Positions 16,505-26,123 of a stretch of 47,958 bases of DNA are shown one piece after another (position 1 is the stretch's first letter; the number at the start of each line of letters is the position of its first letter). A program made the position numbers and the translations under genes. This DNA is from an uncultured Candidatus Melainabacteria bacterium (lineage in GTDB: Bacteria; Cyanobacteriota; Vampirovibrionia; LMEP-6097): positions 1 through 47,958 of the forward strand of contig CALBDR010000293.1 of NCBI GenBank assembly GCA_937927525.1, read 5' to 3'. The notes under the pieces were generated by a model. The model did no database searches, had not been told where the DNA came from, and saw only the letters and a program-made list of their open reading frames with translations.

Positions 16505-17906
16505 TAATGAAATCCTTTGGCAGGGAAATGAAGCAAACGAAACTGAAGTAGACCTAGCAGTCATAAAAGCAAGACAAGCTTTACCTGAGTGGGTAAAGCT
16601 AAGCATGAATAAAAGAGCTAGTTTCATCGAAAAGTTTTTAGAACTCGTAAAAGAAAATAAAGATGATTTAGCAAAAACCCTTTCAGATGAAACAGGAAAA
16701 GTTATTTGGGAAGCAAGAACTGAAATCACAGCAATGCTTAATAAGTTTGCTATTTCTAAAGAAGCTTATGAAACTAGAACTGGAGTGACGAATAAAGGAC
16801 TAAGTTATACTAGGCATAGAGCTCATGGCGTAATAGCTGTATTCGGTCCTTATAATTTCCCCGCTCATATTCCTAATGGTCATATAGTCCCAGCCTTACT
16901 TGCAGGAAATACTATAGTTTTTAAGCCTAGTGAATTAACACCATTAATCAGTCAGAGAATTCATCTACTGTGGTTAAAGTCTGGACTCCCTGAAGGGGTT
17001 CTCAACCTAGTTCAAGGAAAAGCTAGTACAGGAATGGCTCTGTCTAGGCATCAAGATATAGATGGCTTATTTTTCACGGGAAGCTCTAGGACTGGGTTGA
17101 TCTTACATAAACAGTTTGCTGATACACCTAATAAAATTCTAGCTTTAGAGCTTGGTGGTAATAATCCATTAATTGTCAATAAAGTTAAAGACATAGAAGC
17201 TGCTGTTTACTTAACTATCCAATCTGCTTTTATTAGTTCTGGTCAGCGCTGCACCTGCGCTCGAAGATTAATTTTGGTCGACAATCCAGAATCTAAAAAG
17301 TTTTTAGACATACTTGTAGAATCATCTAAAAACATTTCTGTCGGCAAAGCTAGTGATGAAAGTGCTTTCATGGGTCCTGTAATCAGTGAGGCTCAAGCAA
17401 GTAAATTACTAGAAACTCAAAACACACTATTACAAAAAGGAGCAAAAGCTTTATTAGAAATGAAAAGTCTAAAAGAATTAGGCTCCAAAGCTTTTCTTAG
17501 CCCAGCAATCATTGACTGTACAGGCATAGATACTGAAGACAAAGAATTTTTCGGACCTCTACTTCAAGTAAAGTTAGTCAAGGACTTTGATGCAGCTATA
17601 GCTGAAGCTAACAATACGAAATATGGTCTTTCAGCTGGTTTACTCAGTGACAGCAAAGAACTTTATGATCAGTTTTACTATGGTATTAAAGCTGGTCTTA
17701 TTAACTGGAATAACCCGTTAACTGGTGCTAGCAGCTCAGCTCCTTTTGGAGGTGTAGGCTTAAGTGGTAACCATAGACCAAGCGCTTTCTATGCAGCAGA
17801 TTATTGTGCTTACCCAGTAGCATCCATAGAATCTACAAGTATTTCATTACCAGAGAAACTTGCAGCAGGGATAAAATTAGAGACCTTAAGTACTAATGGT
17901 AAATGA
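16470..17906 (+). CDS. astD: succinylglutamate-semialdehyde dehydrogenase
   Basis: Strong resemblance to AstD: GVIAVFGPYNFPAHIPNGHIVPALLAGNTIVFKPSELTP, ELGGNNP, GQRCTCARRL, NWNNPLTGASSSAPFGGVGLSGNHRPSA. The ORF track starts at TTG 16470, and an in-frame ATG at 16479 is equally plausible. It overlaps the astA 3' end. Confidence 0.9.
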   Translation: MVIMFESVNPSNNEILWQGNEANETEVDLAVIKARQALPEWVKLSMNKRASFIEKFLELVKENKDDLAKTLSDETGKVIWEARTEITAMLNKFAISKEAYETRTGVTNKGLSYTRHRAHGVIAVFGPYNFPAHIPNGHIVPALLAGNTIVFKPSELTPLISQRIHLLWLKSGLPEGVLNLVQGKASTGMALSRHQDIDGLFFTGSSRTGLILHKQFADTPNKILALELGGNNPLIVNKVKDIEAAVYLTIQSAFISSGQRCTCARRLILVDNPESKKFLDILVESSKNISVGKASDESAFMGPVISEAQASKLLETQNTLLQKGAKALLEMKSLKELGSKAFLSPAIIDCTGIDTEDKEFFGPLLQVKLVKDFDAAIAEANNTKYGLSAGLLSDSKELYDQFYYGIKAGLINWNNPLTGASSSAPFGGVGLSGNHRPSAFYAADYCAYPVASIESTSISLPEKLAAGIKLETLSTNGK

Positions 17907-19275
17907 CAACGAAAAAAACAAACATAACATAGATCTAAGATCTTCAAGATTTGCTAGGGAAGTGAACTTTGAAGGATTACCTGGTCCAACTCATTTATTT
18001 TCAGGTTTATCAGAAGGTAATATTGCCTCTACCAGCCATGGTGGTGAAATCTCTCACCCACGCGCTGCTGCTTTACAATGCTTAGAGAAAATTAAGTTCC
18101 TTGCTAGTCTAAGTTCCACAGAAGCAATTATGCTGCCACAACCAAGACCAGACTTAGCTTACCTTAAAGCACAAGGTTTCACTGGTACTGATTTAGAGAT
18201 TTTAAATACTGCTTATGATCAAGATCCTGGCTTATTAAAAATAGTTTTCAGTTCAGCATTTATGTGGACAGCTAATGCAGCAATGGTTTCACCGAGTAGT
18301 GACAGCGACGATGGCAAATGCCATTTAACTGTTGCTAATTTAGCAGCAAACCTTCACCGTGCTATCGAAGCCAAATATACTTATGATTATTTATCCAAGA
18401 ATCTAGCTAATGAAAATATCGTTGTTGCTCCAGCTTTAGCTTCAGAATTCATGGATGAAGGCGCTGCAAACCATACAAGATTTAGCTTAGATTACTCCTC
18501 ACCTGGAATTGAATTATTTGTTTATGGCTATTCTAAAAATGATCAAAGTATTAAAAACCCAGAGAAATTCCCAGTCAGACAAAGTCTTGAGTCATGCGAA
18601 AAAATAATTACTAAGCATAAATTATCAAAGGAAAAAGTGGTTTTAGCTCATCAGAATCCTAAGGTCATAGATGCTGGAGTATTCCATAATGATGTAATCA
18701 GTACAGGTAACTTAAATTACTTTATTTACCATGAAGAATCATTCTCTAACTCAGATTCAGTAATTAATGAATTAAATGAAAAATTCAAAACACTTACTGG
18801 TGAAAATATGATTTTCACAAAAGTCAAAAGCAGTGAATTAAGTGTTGAAGATGCTGTTAATAGTTACCTTTTTAATTCGCAAATAGTTTCACCTAAAGAT
18901 TCTAAACACATGATTCTAATAGCACCTATTGAGTGTGAAGAAAACAAACGAGTGAAAACTTATATTGATAAACTCATAGGTGATGAAAAAAATCCACTCA
19001 AAGAAGTTAAATTCTTTAATTTAAAGGAAAGTATGAAAAATGGTGGTGGACCAGCTTGTTTAAGATTGAGAGTGATTTTGACTGAAGAAGAAATGAAAGC
19101 TGCTAACCCTAAAATCTTTTATTCAGAGCAATTACATAATGACCTAGAAATGATTATTAACAAATACTACCCAGAGAACTTGACTATAACTGATTTATTA
19201 AATCAGGAGAGGCTTGATAATTTAGAAGCTTGCTACCAAGCCTTTAATAAAATAATTGCAAATAACAAATCTTAA
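17896..19275 (+). CDS. astB: N-succinylarginine dihydrolase
   Basis: Has EVNFEGLPGPTH, HLTVANL, DEGAANHTR, VFHNDVI, YLFNSQ and MKNGGGPACLRLRVILTEEE, which match AstB along its length. It overlaps the astD stop by 11 nt. Confidence 0.92.
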   Translation: MVNDNEKNKHNIDLRSSRFAREVNFEGLPGPTHLFSGLSEGNIASTSHGGEISHPRAAALQCLEKIKFLASLSSTEAIMLPQPRPDLAYLKAQGFTGTDLEILNTAYDQDPGLLKIVFSSAFMWTANAAMVSPSSDSDDGKCHLTVANLAANLHRAIEAKYTYDYLSKNLANENIVVAPALASEFMDEGAANHTRFSLDYSSPGIELFVYGYSKNDQSIKNPEKFPVRQSLESCEKIITKHKLSKEKVVLAHQNPKVIDAGVFHNDVISTGNLNYFIYHEESFSNSDSVINELNEKFKTLTGENMIFTKVKSSELSVEDAVNSYLFNSQIVSPKDSKHMILIAPIECEENKRVKTYIDKLIGDEKNPLKEVKFFNLKESMKNGGGPACLRLRVILTEEEMKAANPKIFYSEQLHNDLEMIINKYYPENLTITDLLNQERLDNLEACYQAFNKIIANNKS

Positions 19276-19359
19276 ACACCGCGCTAAACTCAAGATAACC
19301 CTAAGCATTATATTAGGCTTAATTAAAGCTTAACTATATTCCATTTTTAATTAAAGCGG

Positions 19360-19848
19360 ATGGATTCAGAACTAAACAGGTTAAACTTCAGTATTAAAGA
19401 GGATGATAGCTTAAAGCATATTTCCTTAATACTGCCGATTCAAATAGAAAATCTTGAAGAATTAGAGCTGGAATCAGAAAATAAGAACAGTAAATTTGAA
19501 CTTAACACTAAAAATTTAGCTTACCTATATATTAAACACGATCTCTTAAGCTCCTTAAAAGTCAAACTAAACTTAGTTGTAAATAAAGAATTTTTAACAT
19601 TTACTACTAAAATTTCAGAATCAAAAAAGAAACTAATAGTTTCTAAGGATGAAGTTACTAAATTAATAGAAAATATCGAATCAGACTCACTTAATCATAA
19701 AATCATTATTTATCACGAACAAGAAGCATATTTCATAAGATTAGAAAATTTGATTAAAAAAGTTTGGACTTGTAAGTTACTAAGGAAATCACTAGGACTC
19801 TCTTCTAGCAATGACTACAGTGCATTTAACAATTTCCCAAAGAACTAA
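19360..19848 (+). CDS. hypothetical protein (162 aa)
   Basis: ORF with no recognisable motif. Lys/Glu/Leu-rich. Confidence 0.45.
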   Translation: MDSELNRLNFSIKEDDSLKHISLILPIQIENLEELELESENKNSKFELNTKNLAYLYIKHDLLSSLKVKLNLVVNKEFLTFTTKISESKKKLIVSKDEVTKLIENIESDSLNHKIIIYHEQEAYFIRLENLIKKVWTCKLLRKSLGLSSSNDYSAFNNFPKN

Positions 19849-20032
19849 ATTATAGATATTTTTCACAATTTGGTATCAAAAAAACCACAATACATATTTG
19901 TATATACACAAATCATGATATCCCCCCGATGAACAAATACTTGCCTTGATGAATGAAAGATCCCTCATGCATAAGATATCTCCCATCATCTCCTTATCAC
20001 TTTTGTTAGTCAAGGCAGGTTGATTTTAAAAA

Positions 20033-20062
20033 GAAGCGACAAAGCCGTCGCTTCTTTTTTTT
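20033..20062 (+). terminator. rho-independent terminator-like hairpin (GAAGCGAC-aaagcc-GTCGCTTC + T8)
   Basis: Perfect 8-bp GC-containing stem, extendable by A:T pairs, with a 6-nt loop and a T8 tract. It lies 185 nt after the upstream stop and 34 nt before the ppc ATG. Confidence 0.7.
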
Positions 20063-20095
20063 GTAATTTTATAGACAGGATATACTAATAAGAGC

Positions 20096-23000
20096 ATGGC
20101 AATTAAAAAATCTATCCGCTCTTTATATAAGATCATTGGTAATACCATAGGTAAACAGGTCTGGAATAGAATCAGCGTTGATGAACATATAAGTCTTGAC
20201 CCTACTCTAAGAAAAGAACTTGCATATAAATGCATAGATCTTATTACTGAATGTAGAAAATTGTTACAAGATAACGGTAGATCTCCAGAGAAAATAATTG
20301 AATTTATGAATGATGCTTCTATTGCACCAGAGCATAGACTCAAACTAATATCCTGGGTATTAGAAGCTTATCTGTTACTAAACCAATCAAGCACAGCAAG
20401 TGCAGATGTAACTAAAACTCTAGAATCAGACAAAATTTTTAGTAAAGATCTTATTGAAAACCTACTCGATATGGGAATTTCAAAATCTGAATTAGAAGAT
20501 GTTTTTACTAAAGATATCTCTGCAAGCTTAGTACTTACAGCACACCCCACAGCAGGAATTCAACCTGATTATATGTACCATATAGCTAACATGATCTCTA
20601 GAGTTCAGGAAATTGCTGAAGTCATAAGAGATGGTGAAAATAACTTAGTGTTGGAACATAAGTTAAAAGGAATCCAGGAAGACCTAGCTGCTTCAATCTC
20701 ACACATGGTTAGAGTTAAGCCATATAACGAAAACAAATTAAAACCATCTGATGAGTCTCAGAATTTTTTAGATGCAATAAACCAAATCTATGAAATAATT
20801 CCAGAAAAATTAATTCGACTTGAAACAGAAATATCAAATGTCTTAAATAAAAAATTTAAATTCTGTCCAGAGTTTTTTAAAATACATAGCTGGGTGGCTA
20901 GAGATATTGATGGTAACCCAACTGTAAGTGCTCAAGAGCACTTTAAGGCTTTAGTTCAAGAAAACCTATTCTTTTTCCAAAAGTACTATTTAGATCTCCA
21001 AAGACTATGGAAAACTCTCAGTGACGATTTTTCTTCAGATAAAGACTTGCCAAGCAAAACACTTTTTATCGATGAAGAATTTAAAAATCTCTATGAATCT
21101 ATATTAGCAAAACACCCTGAATTAGGTGCAAACAAGCTTGCATACAGATTAGTTATCGAATATCACATCTTAAGTCCACTATCTAGGTTTATTAGTGAAC
21201 TCGAAATGCTCCATTCAGAAATATATGGAGAGGATAAATACAACTTTAACTTTAACTTCAATAAGTTTTCTATAGATAATATATTATTAAAGCCTTTAAA
21301 AGCAATCATGGCTAATAAAGAGGGGGTCAACACCAAAGAAATTGAAAAACTCATTAAAAAAGTAGAAATCTTTGGTAGGTTTGGTTCGAAAGGACATACT
21401 CGACAAGGAAATGAGATTATAAACCTTTTAGTTAAAAAGTTACTAAACTTTGAAAATTATGGACAAATCGAAGAAAAAACTAAGTTCTTAATCAATCCAG
21501 ATGAAAGATTAACAGATCTTCCTAAAAACATTAAAGCTACTGTTAATGAATTAAAAGACTCTTCAGATAAAAATGAAGCTAAAGCTTTGCAAACCTTAGA
21601 GCTTTTAAGTTTAATTTCAGCTGGAGGTATAAAGAGACAGATTATCAGTATGAATACTTGCTTTGAAGACATGTTGAACGCTCTTTTACTTATAACTTGC
21701 TTTAGAGGTTTTAATTTCGATACTATACTTCACCCTCGCTCTGAGAACTTGCTAGACATAGTTCCACTTACAGAACAAATCATCGATCTAAGAAATTCTT
21801 ATCAGTGCACTATTGAAGCACTGTTGAATCCAGTATGGAGAAGGTACCTATTGAAAAATGCTTTTAAGTTTATTAAAATGCGTGGACCTTCAGATAGCGG
21901 TAAACAAAATGGCTTCACTGCATCTCAATGGGAAATGTTCCGCTCTAAGCAGTTAGATGCTATTACAGTAAATATTTTTAATTCCTTTTTAATGAAGCAT
22001 TTATATAACGATGCCTCAGAACTTGAGAAGTGGCAAAAACTCTATAATCCAGAATTAGAGGATAATTATTCACTTGAAAATAAAGTTGTGGGCTTAAGTC
22101 TTGAGCAATTTATAACTTACTTTGAATCTGAATTTGATGATGAAAAGAACCTATGGCTAGAAACTGCTAAGTACTATTCTTACGAGTTTGCTCAAATCAA
22201 ACTTATTAGCTTTGATGGTTGGGGGGAACCTGTAGAAAGGGGTGGTGGCTTAGAATTCAAGACTACAGCTACTTGCACTCAACCTCTAGGCAGTTTTGCA
22301 CACTATGAGAGAACCCTACAAGGTGGTGGTGCTCAACAATTAGTATCCGTTTTCAGAAGTCATGAAATCATCCAAGATTTTATCGCTGCAGTTTCAGAAA
22401 TCTCTGCTCGAAACACTTTCCTGAATAATTTCAAAGAAAATAAATCACTTATGATTTTAGACCCTGTCTTTGTAAAAGAAATTACAAATATGATTCAACA
22501 TATTCGTGAAAAACTTAGATTTGAGGTATTGGGCTTAGATCTAGATAAAGATGATAAATGTTCTAGTGAAAAGGTTTTAAGGGAATACTTTAACCATGTT
22601 ATAAAATCACCTCTTATATATTTGGATTTATTTAATATCGCAAGTAGACCGACAAGCCGCTCTGGAACAAAGATAAAAGAAGTTTTAAGTAAAGATGGAT
22701 ACAATAATGACTTAAATCTTTTTGCAAATAAGCTTCCAGTTGAAGATATACTTAACACTCTAGCGGATGTCCGCGCCATTCCATATTCTGCGATGTTTAA
22801 TCTTATAGGTGGTAACCATGTTTCCTTCTATGGTTATCAAGGTTTAATTGAGAATAAGAACCTGGTAGAGATATTGCAATATTACTATCACTATAATCAA
22901 AACTCCCAAGAAGCAAGATTAACTCAACACATCATGGATTCTCTTGAAAGAGGTATTTTCACTGCTGATCTGGATATTTACTCATCTGCTAGAGCCGTTA

Positions 23001-23374
23001 TTGAAGGACAGATTTCAGATACTTATAAACCAGAAGAAGATGTTCTTCTACAAAAACTCATCACTGCGAACCAAGCAACCAGAAACTTCATAGCTCACAT
23101 TAAAAAATATCCTGTAGCTAACCCTGAAAAAGTAAAGCTTACTGAATTACTACAAAACAGCCCCGATGAACGTGATTTAATGTTAGCAAGGAGAAATGAT
23201 GCTGCTGTTCCTAGACTAGGAATTGCTTACAGCATGTCACAGATTATTGCTGACTCTAAAGAAAGAAAAGTAAACCCACTCGATATCACGACTATCCAAA
23301 CTAAATACTTAGACTTACTAAGAAAAGCTTTTGCTGCTGGAGCTTCAACTTTCGGTAATGGCTGTATAGATTAA
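20096..23374 (+). CDS. ppc: phosphoenolpyruvate carboxylase family protein (long, highly divergent)
   Basis: Recognisable PEPC landmarks: VLTAHPT, IISM, VPLTEQIIDL, MRGPSDSGKQNG, FDGWGEPVERGGG, ASRPTSR, VRAIPYS. Several canonical residues are substituted (see findings). Confidence 0.75.
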   Translation: MAIKKSIRSLYKIIGNTIGKQVWNRISVDEHISLDPTLRKELAYKCIDLITECRKLLQDNGRSPEKIIEFMNDASIAPEHRLKLISWVLEAYLLLNQSSTASADVTKTLESDKIFSKDLIENLLDMGISKSELEDVFTKDISASLVLTAHPTAGIQPDYMYHIANMISRVQEIAEVIRDGENNLVLEHKLKGIQEDLAASISHMVRVKPYNENKLKPSDESQNFLDAINQIYEIIPEKLIRLETEISNVLNKKFKFCPEFFKIHSWVARDIDGNPTVSAQEHFKALVQENLFFFQKYYLDLQRLWKTLSDDFSSDKDLPSKTLFIDEEFKNLYESILAKHPELGANKLAYRLVIEYHILSPLSRFISELEMLHSEIYGEDKYNFNFNFNKFSIDNILLKPLKAIMANKEGVNTKEIEKLIKKVEIFGRFGSKGHTRQGNEIINLLVKKLLNFENYGQIEEKTKFLINPDERLTDLPKNIKATVNELKDSSDKNEAKALQTLELLSLISAGGIKRQIISMNTCFEDMLNALLLITCFRGFNFDTILHPRSENLLDIVPLTEQIIDLRNSYQCTIEALLNPVWRRYLLKNAFKFIKMRGPSDSGKQNGFTASQWEMFRSKQLDAITVNIFNSFLMKHLYNDASELEKWQKLYNPELEDNYSLENKVVGLSLEQFITYFESEFDDEKNLWLETAKYYSYEFAQIKLISFDGWGEPVERGGGLEFKTTATCTQPLGSFAHYERTLQGGGAQQLVSVFRSHEIIQDFIAAVSEISARNTFLNNFKENKSLMILDPVFVKEITNMIQHIREKLRFEVLGLDLDKDDKCSSEKVLREYFNHVIKSPLIYLDLFNIASRPTSRSGTKIKEVLSKDGYNNDLNLFANKLPVEDILNTLADVRAIPYSAMFNLIGGNHVSFYGYQGLIENKNLVEILQYYYHYNQNSQEARLTQHIMDSLERGIFTADLDIYSSARAVIEGQISDTYKPEEDVLLQKLITANQATRNFIAHIKKYPVANPEKVKLTELLQNSPDERDLMLARRNDAAVPRLGIAYSMSQIIADSKERKVNPLDITTIQTKYLDLLRKAFAAGASTFGNGCID

Positions 23375-23393
23375 TGGGCTATAATAGCTAACG

Positions 23394-24734
23394 ATGGCTA
23401 ATCCTGTAATTTCAAAAATCAAAAACTTTAAAAAATCCATTAAAATACCTGGTGATAAATCAATTTCTCACAGGTCAATAATTTTTGGATCAATAGCTAA
23501 AGGTAGAACTGAAGTAACCAATTTTTTAACTGGTGAAGACTGTATCTGTACTCAGAAAGCTTTTGAAGCACTCGGAGTAGAAATTGAAACTTATTACGGC
23601 ACTCCTGATAATCCGACCCTAAGAATAAATGGAAAAGGCATGCTCGCTCTTCAAGAGCCAAAAGAAGAAATCTACTTAGGTAATTCAGGAACAGGAATGA
23701 GACTACTTTCAGGTCTTTTTGCTGGACTTCCATTTGAATTTAAACTGACTGGTGACGAATCACTTAGCTCTCGACCGATGAAAAGAGTTATCAATCCTCT
23801 GACAGACATGGGCGCCTCAATAGACTCTCAAGATGGTAAAGCTCCACTATTAATTCATGGAACAAATAATCTTAAAGGAATTACTTATAAATCACCGATA
23901 GCATCTGCACAGGTGAAATCTTGTTTATTGTTAGCTGGCTTAAATGCTGAAGGTGTAACTACGATTATCGAACCAGAAAAATCTAGAGATCATTCGGAAA
24001 GAATGCTTGAATACTTTGGTTCACCAATTTCCCACCACAGTGGTAGCCTCGAAGTAAGTATTAAAAAACCAGAGAAAGATCTTTCTGCACAAATAATCAG
24101 GGTTCCAGGAGATATTTCGAGTGCAGCTTTCTTTATCGTAGCTGGAGCTATCTGTGAAAACTCTGAACTAATATTAGAGAATGTTGGCATAAATCCTACC
24201 AGAACTGGAATTTTAGATGTTTTAACTATGATGAAAGTTGATTTTCGTGTAGAAAATATCAGGGATGAGGCTCGTGAACCCAGGGCAGATATCATTGTAA
24301 AATCTTCTAACATTAAAGCCTGTGAAATAAGTGGCAATTTAATTCCTCGATTAATCGACGAGATACCTGTAATTTCTATCCTTGCAGCTCAAGCTGAAGG
24401 TACTACAGTAATTAAAAATGCGGAAGAACTAAAAGTTAAAGAATCTAACCGTATAGCAACTACAGTAAATATGCTTAAGCTTCTAGGAGTAAATGTTGAA
24501 GAGACTGAAGACGGTATGATTATTGAAGGACTAGCAGGCAAAGCCTTCCCTGGTGCTAAAGATAGTGGAGCAACAGTGGCCATAAACAGTAATGGTGACC
24601 ACAGAATTGCGATGAGTTCAGCTATAGCTGGGCTTCACTCTGAAAAAAATGTGGAAATTATTAAAAGTGAATTTGTAAACACTTCATTTCCTGGATTCTT
24701 TGAGATTTTAAGGCTTGAAGAAGCAACAGTTTGA
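23394..24734 (+). CDS. aroA: 3-phosphoshikimate 1-carboxyvinyltransferase (EPSP synthase)
   Basis: Has PGDKSISHRSIIFG, LGNSGTGMRLL, SAQVKSCLLLAGL, PGDISSAAFF, ELKVKESNRI and DHRIAMS. Confidence 0.95.
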   Translation: MANPVISKIKNFKKSIKIPGDKSISHRSIIFGSIAKGRTEVTNFLTGEDCICTQKAFEALGVEIETYYGTPDNPTLRINGKGMLALQEPKEEIYLGNSGTGMRLLSGLFAGLPFEFKLTGDESLSSRPMKRVINPLTDMGASIDSQDGKAPLLIHGTNNLKGITYKSPIASAQVKSCLLLAGLNAEGVTTIIEPEKSRDHSERMLEYFGSPISHHSGSLEVSIKKPEKDLSAQIIRVPGDISSAAFFIVAGAICENSELILENVGINPTRTGILDVLTMMKVDFRVENIRDEAREPRADIIVKSSNIKACEISGNLIPRLIDEIPVISILAAQAEGTTVIKNAEELKVKESNRIATTVNMLKLLGVNVEETEDGMIIEGLAGKAFPGAKDSGATVAINSNGDHRIAMSSAIAGLHSEKNVEIIKSEFVNTSFPGFFEILRLEEATV

Positions 24735-24826
24735 AAAAGAGCATCTTCTCTAAATATTTTTAAAAACTAATAAATTGAACTAATCAGATTCTTATATGTT
24801 AAAATAGTCGATTCGAGGCACATATT

Positions 24827-24928
24827 ATGTCAAAAAAAATCAACCCAGATAAGCAACAGCCAGGAATGAAAAGAGCTGAAAAAGTATTAAAAAGAAAGCA
24901 AAAAAAGGCTAAGCAAAACCAAGCTTGA
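24827..24928 (+). CDS. unannotated small basic ORF (33 aa)
   Basis: My own translation: MSKKINPDKQQPGMKRAEKVLKRKQKKAKQNQA. GAGG lies 8 nt upstream of the ATG, and a TAAAAT -10-like element lies further upstream. The stop overlaps the TTG start of the next gene (TTGA). Confidence 0.35.
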   Translation: MSKKINPDKQQPGMKRAEKVLKRKQKKAKQNQA

Positions 24929-26118
24929 GAGTCCCTTTATTAGATTTACAAGCCCAATACGCTCAGATTCAGACTGAGATAGAACCAGTAGTCATCGATA
25001 TTCTTCGCAGTGGAAGGTATATCATGTCTGAGCATGTAAACTCATTTGAAAAAAATTCAGCTGAGTTTTTAGGAGCTAAGCATTCTATATCTTGTGCAAA
25101 TGGCTCTGATGCTCTCTACATATCACTTTTAGCTTTAGATATTAAAGCTGGTGATGAGGTTATTACGACACCTTTTACTTATATTGCCAGTGCTGAAGCT
25201 ATTGACCAAGTTGGCGCAAAACCAGTTTTTGCTGACATAGACTTAAATAATTTCAATATTTCTCCAGAAAAAATTGAAGAGAAAATTACTGATAAAACTA
25301 AGGCTATTATTGTAGTTCACTTATTTGGCCAAGCCACTAACATGGATGCCATTTTAGCTATTGCTAGAAAAAATAATATAAAAATCATTGAAGATACAGC
25401 ACAGGCATTTGGAACTAAGTATATTGGAGCTGAGCTAGGGCAGCCTAACGCTGGAACAATAGGAGATATAGGAACTTACAGCTTTTACCCTACAAAAAAC
25501 CTTTCCTGTGCAGGAGATGGTGGTCTTATGACTACCAATGACGATGAGTTAGCATCTAGACTTAGAAGAATCAAAGCTCATGGTTCAGATAAAAGGTATT
25601 ATCACTCAGAACTTGGTGTTAATAGTAGATTGGATGAAATCCAAGCAGCTATTTTAAATGCTAAATTAAAATTTATTGATAAATGGAATGAATCTAGGGC
25701 AAAAAACGCTGAAATATATTTTAATGAATTAGCCGACTTGGAGAAAGCTGGAATTATTAGACTTCCAAAAAAAGAATATTATAGCACTCACATATACCAT
25801 CAGTTTAGTGTTCTAATTAGCCCAGACTCTGAGAAATCTGCATCTCATAGAAATCAATTAAAAGAATTTTTATCTGATAATGAAATTGGTTCTGAGATAT
25901 ACTACCCTCTAGCTCTTCACGAACAAGAAGTTTATAAATACTTGAACTATTCTGCTGAAGCATTCCCTAATTCTGTAAAAGCGTCTAATTCGATTCTTTC
26001 TTTACCAGTTTACCCAGAACTAACAACTGAACAAGTTCAGTTTGTTTGTAAGACTATAAAAGATTTTTTTAAGAATAATAAAGAACTTAGCCTAAAGTTA
26101 GAAGAAGCTTTGGCTTAA
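24925..26118 (+). CDS. DegT/DnrJ/EryC1/StrS family PLP-dependent sugar aminotransferase
   Basis: N-terminal VPLLDLQAQY, then SCANGSDAL and FYPTKNLSCAGDGGLMTTND, typical of the family. TTG start. Confidence 0.88.
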   Translation: MRVPLLDLQAQYAQIQTEIEPVVIDILRSGRYIMSEHVNSFEKNSAEFLGAKHSISCANGSDALYISLLALDIKAGDEVITTPFTYIASAEAIDQVGAKPVFADIDLNNFNISPEKIEEKITDKTKAIIVVHLFGQATNMDAILAIARKNNIKIIEDTAQAFGTKYIGAELGQPNAGTIGDIGTYSFYPTKNLSCAGDGGLMTTNDDELASRLRRIKAHGSDKRYYHSELGVNSRLDEIQAAILNAKLKFIDKWNESRAKNAEIYFNELADLEKAGIIRLPKKEYYSTHIYHQFSVLISPDSEKSASHRNQLKEFLSDNEIGSEIYYPLALHEQEVYKYLNYSAEAFPNSVKASNSILSLPVYPELTTEQVQFVCKTIKDFFKNNKELSLKLEEALA

Positions 26119-26123
26119 GTAAA

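Noticed and set aside
20026-20343. 105-aa minus-strand ORF overlapping the ppc start and the terminator hairpin
   Set aside because: It runs antisense through the 5' end of a well-supported 1092-aa gene and across a terminator stem-loop, and has no motif or RBS.
21241-21265. AACTTT x3 tandem hexamer inside ppc
   Set aside because: It is only three units, in frame (encoding NFNFNFN) within a variable insertion of the protein. It is too short to call a meaningful tandem repeat.
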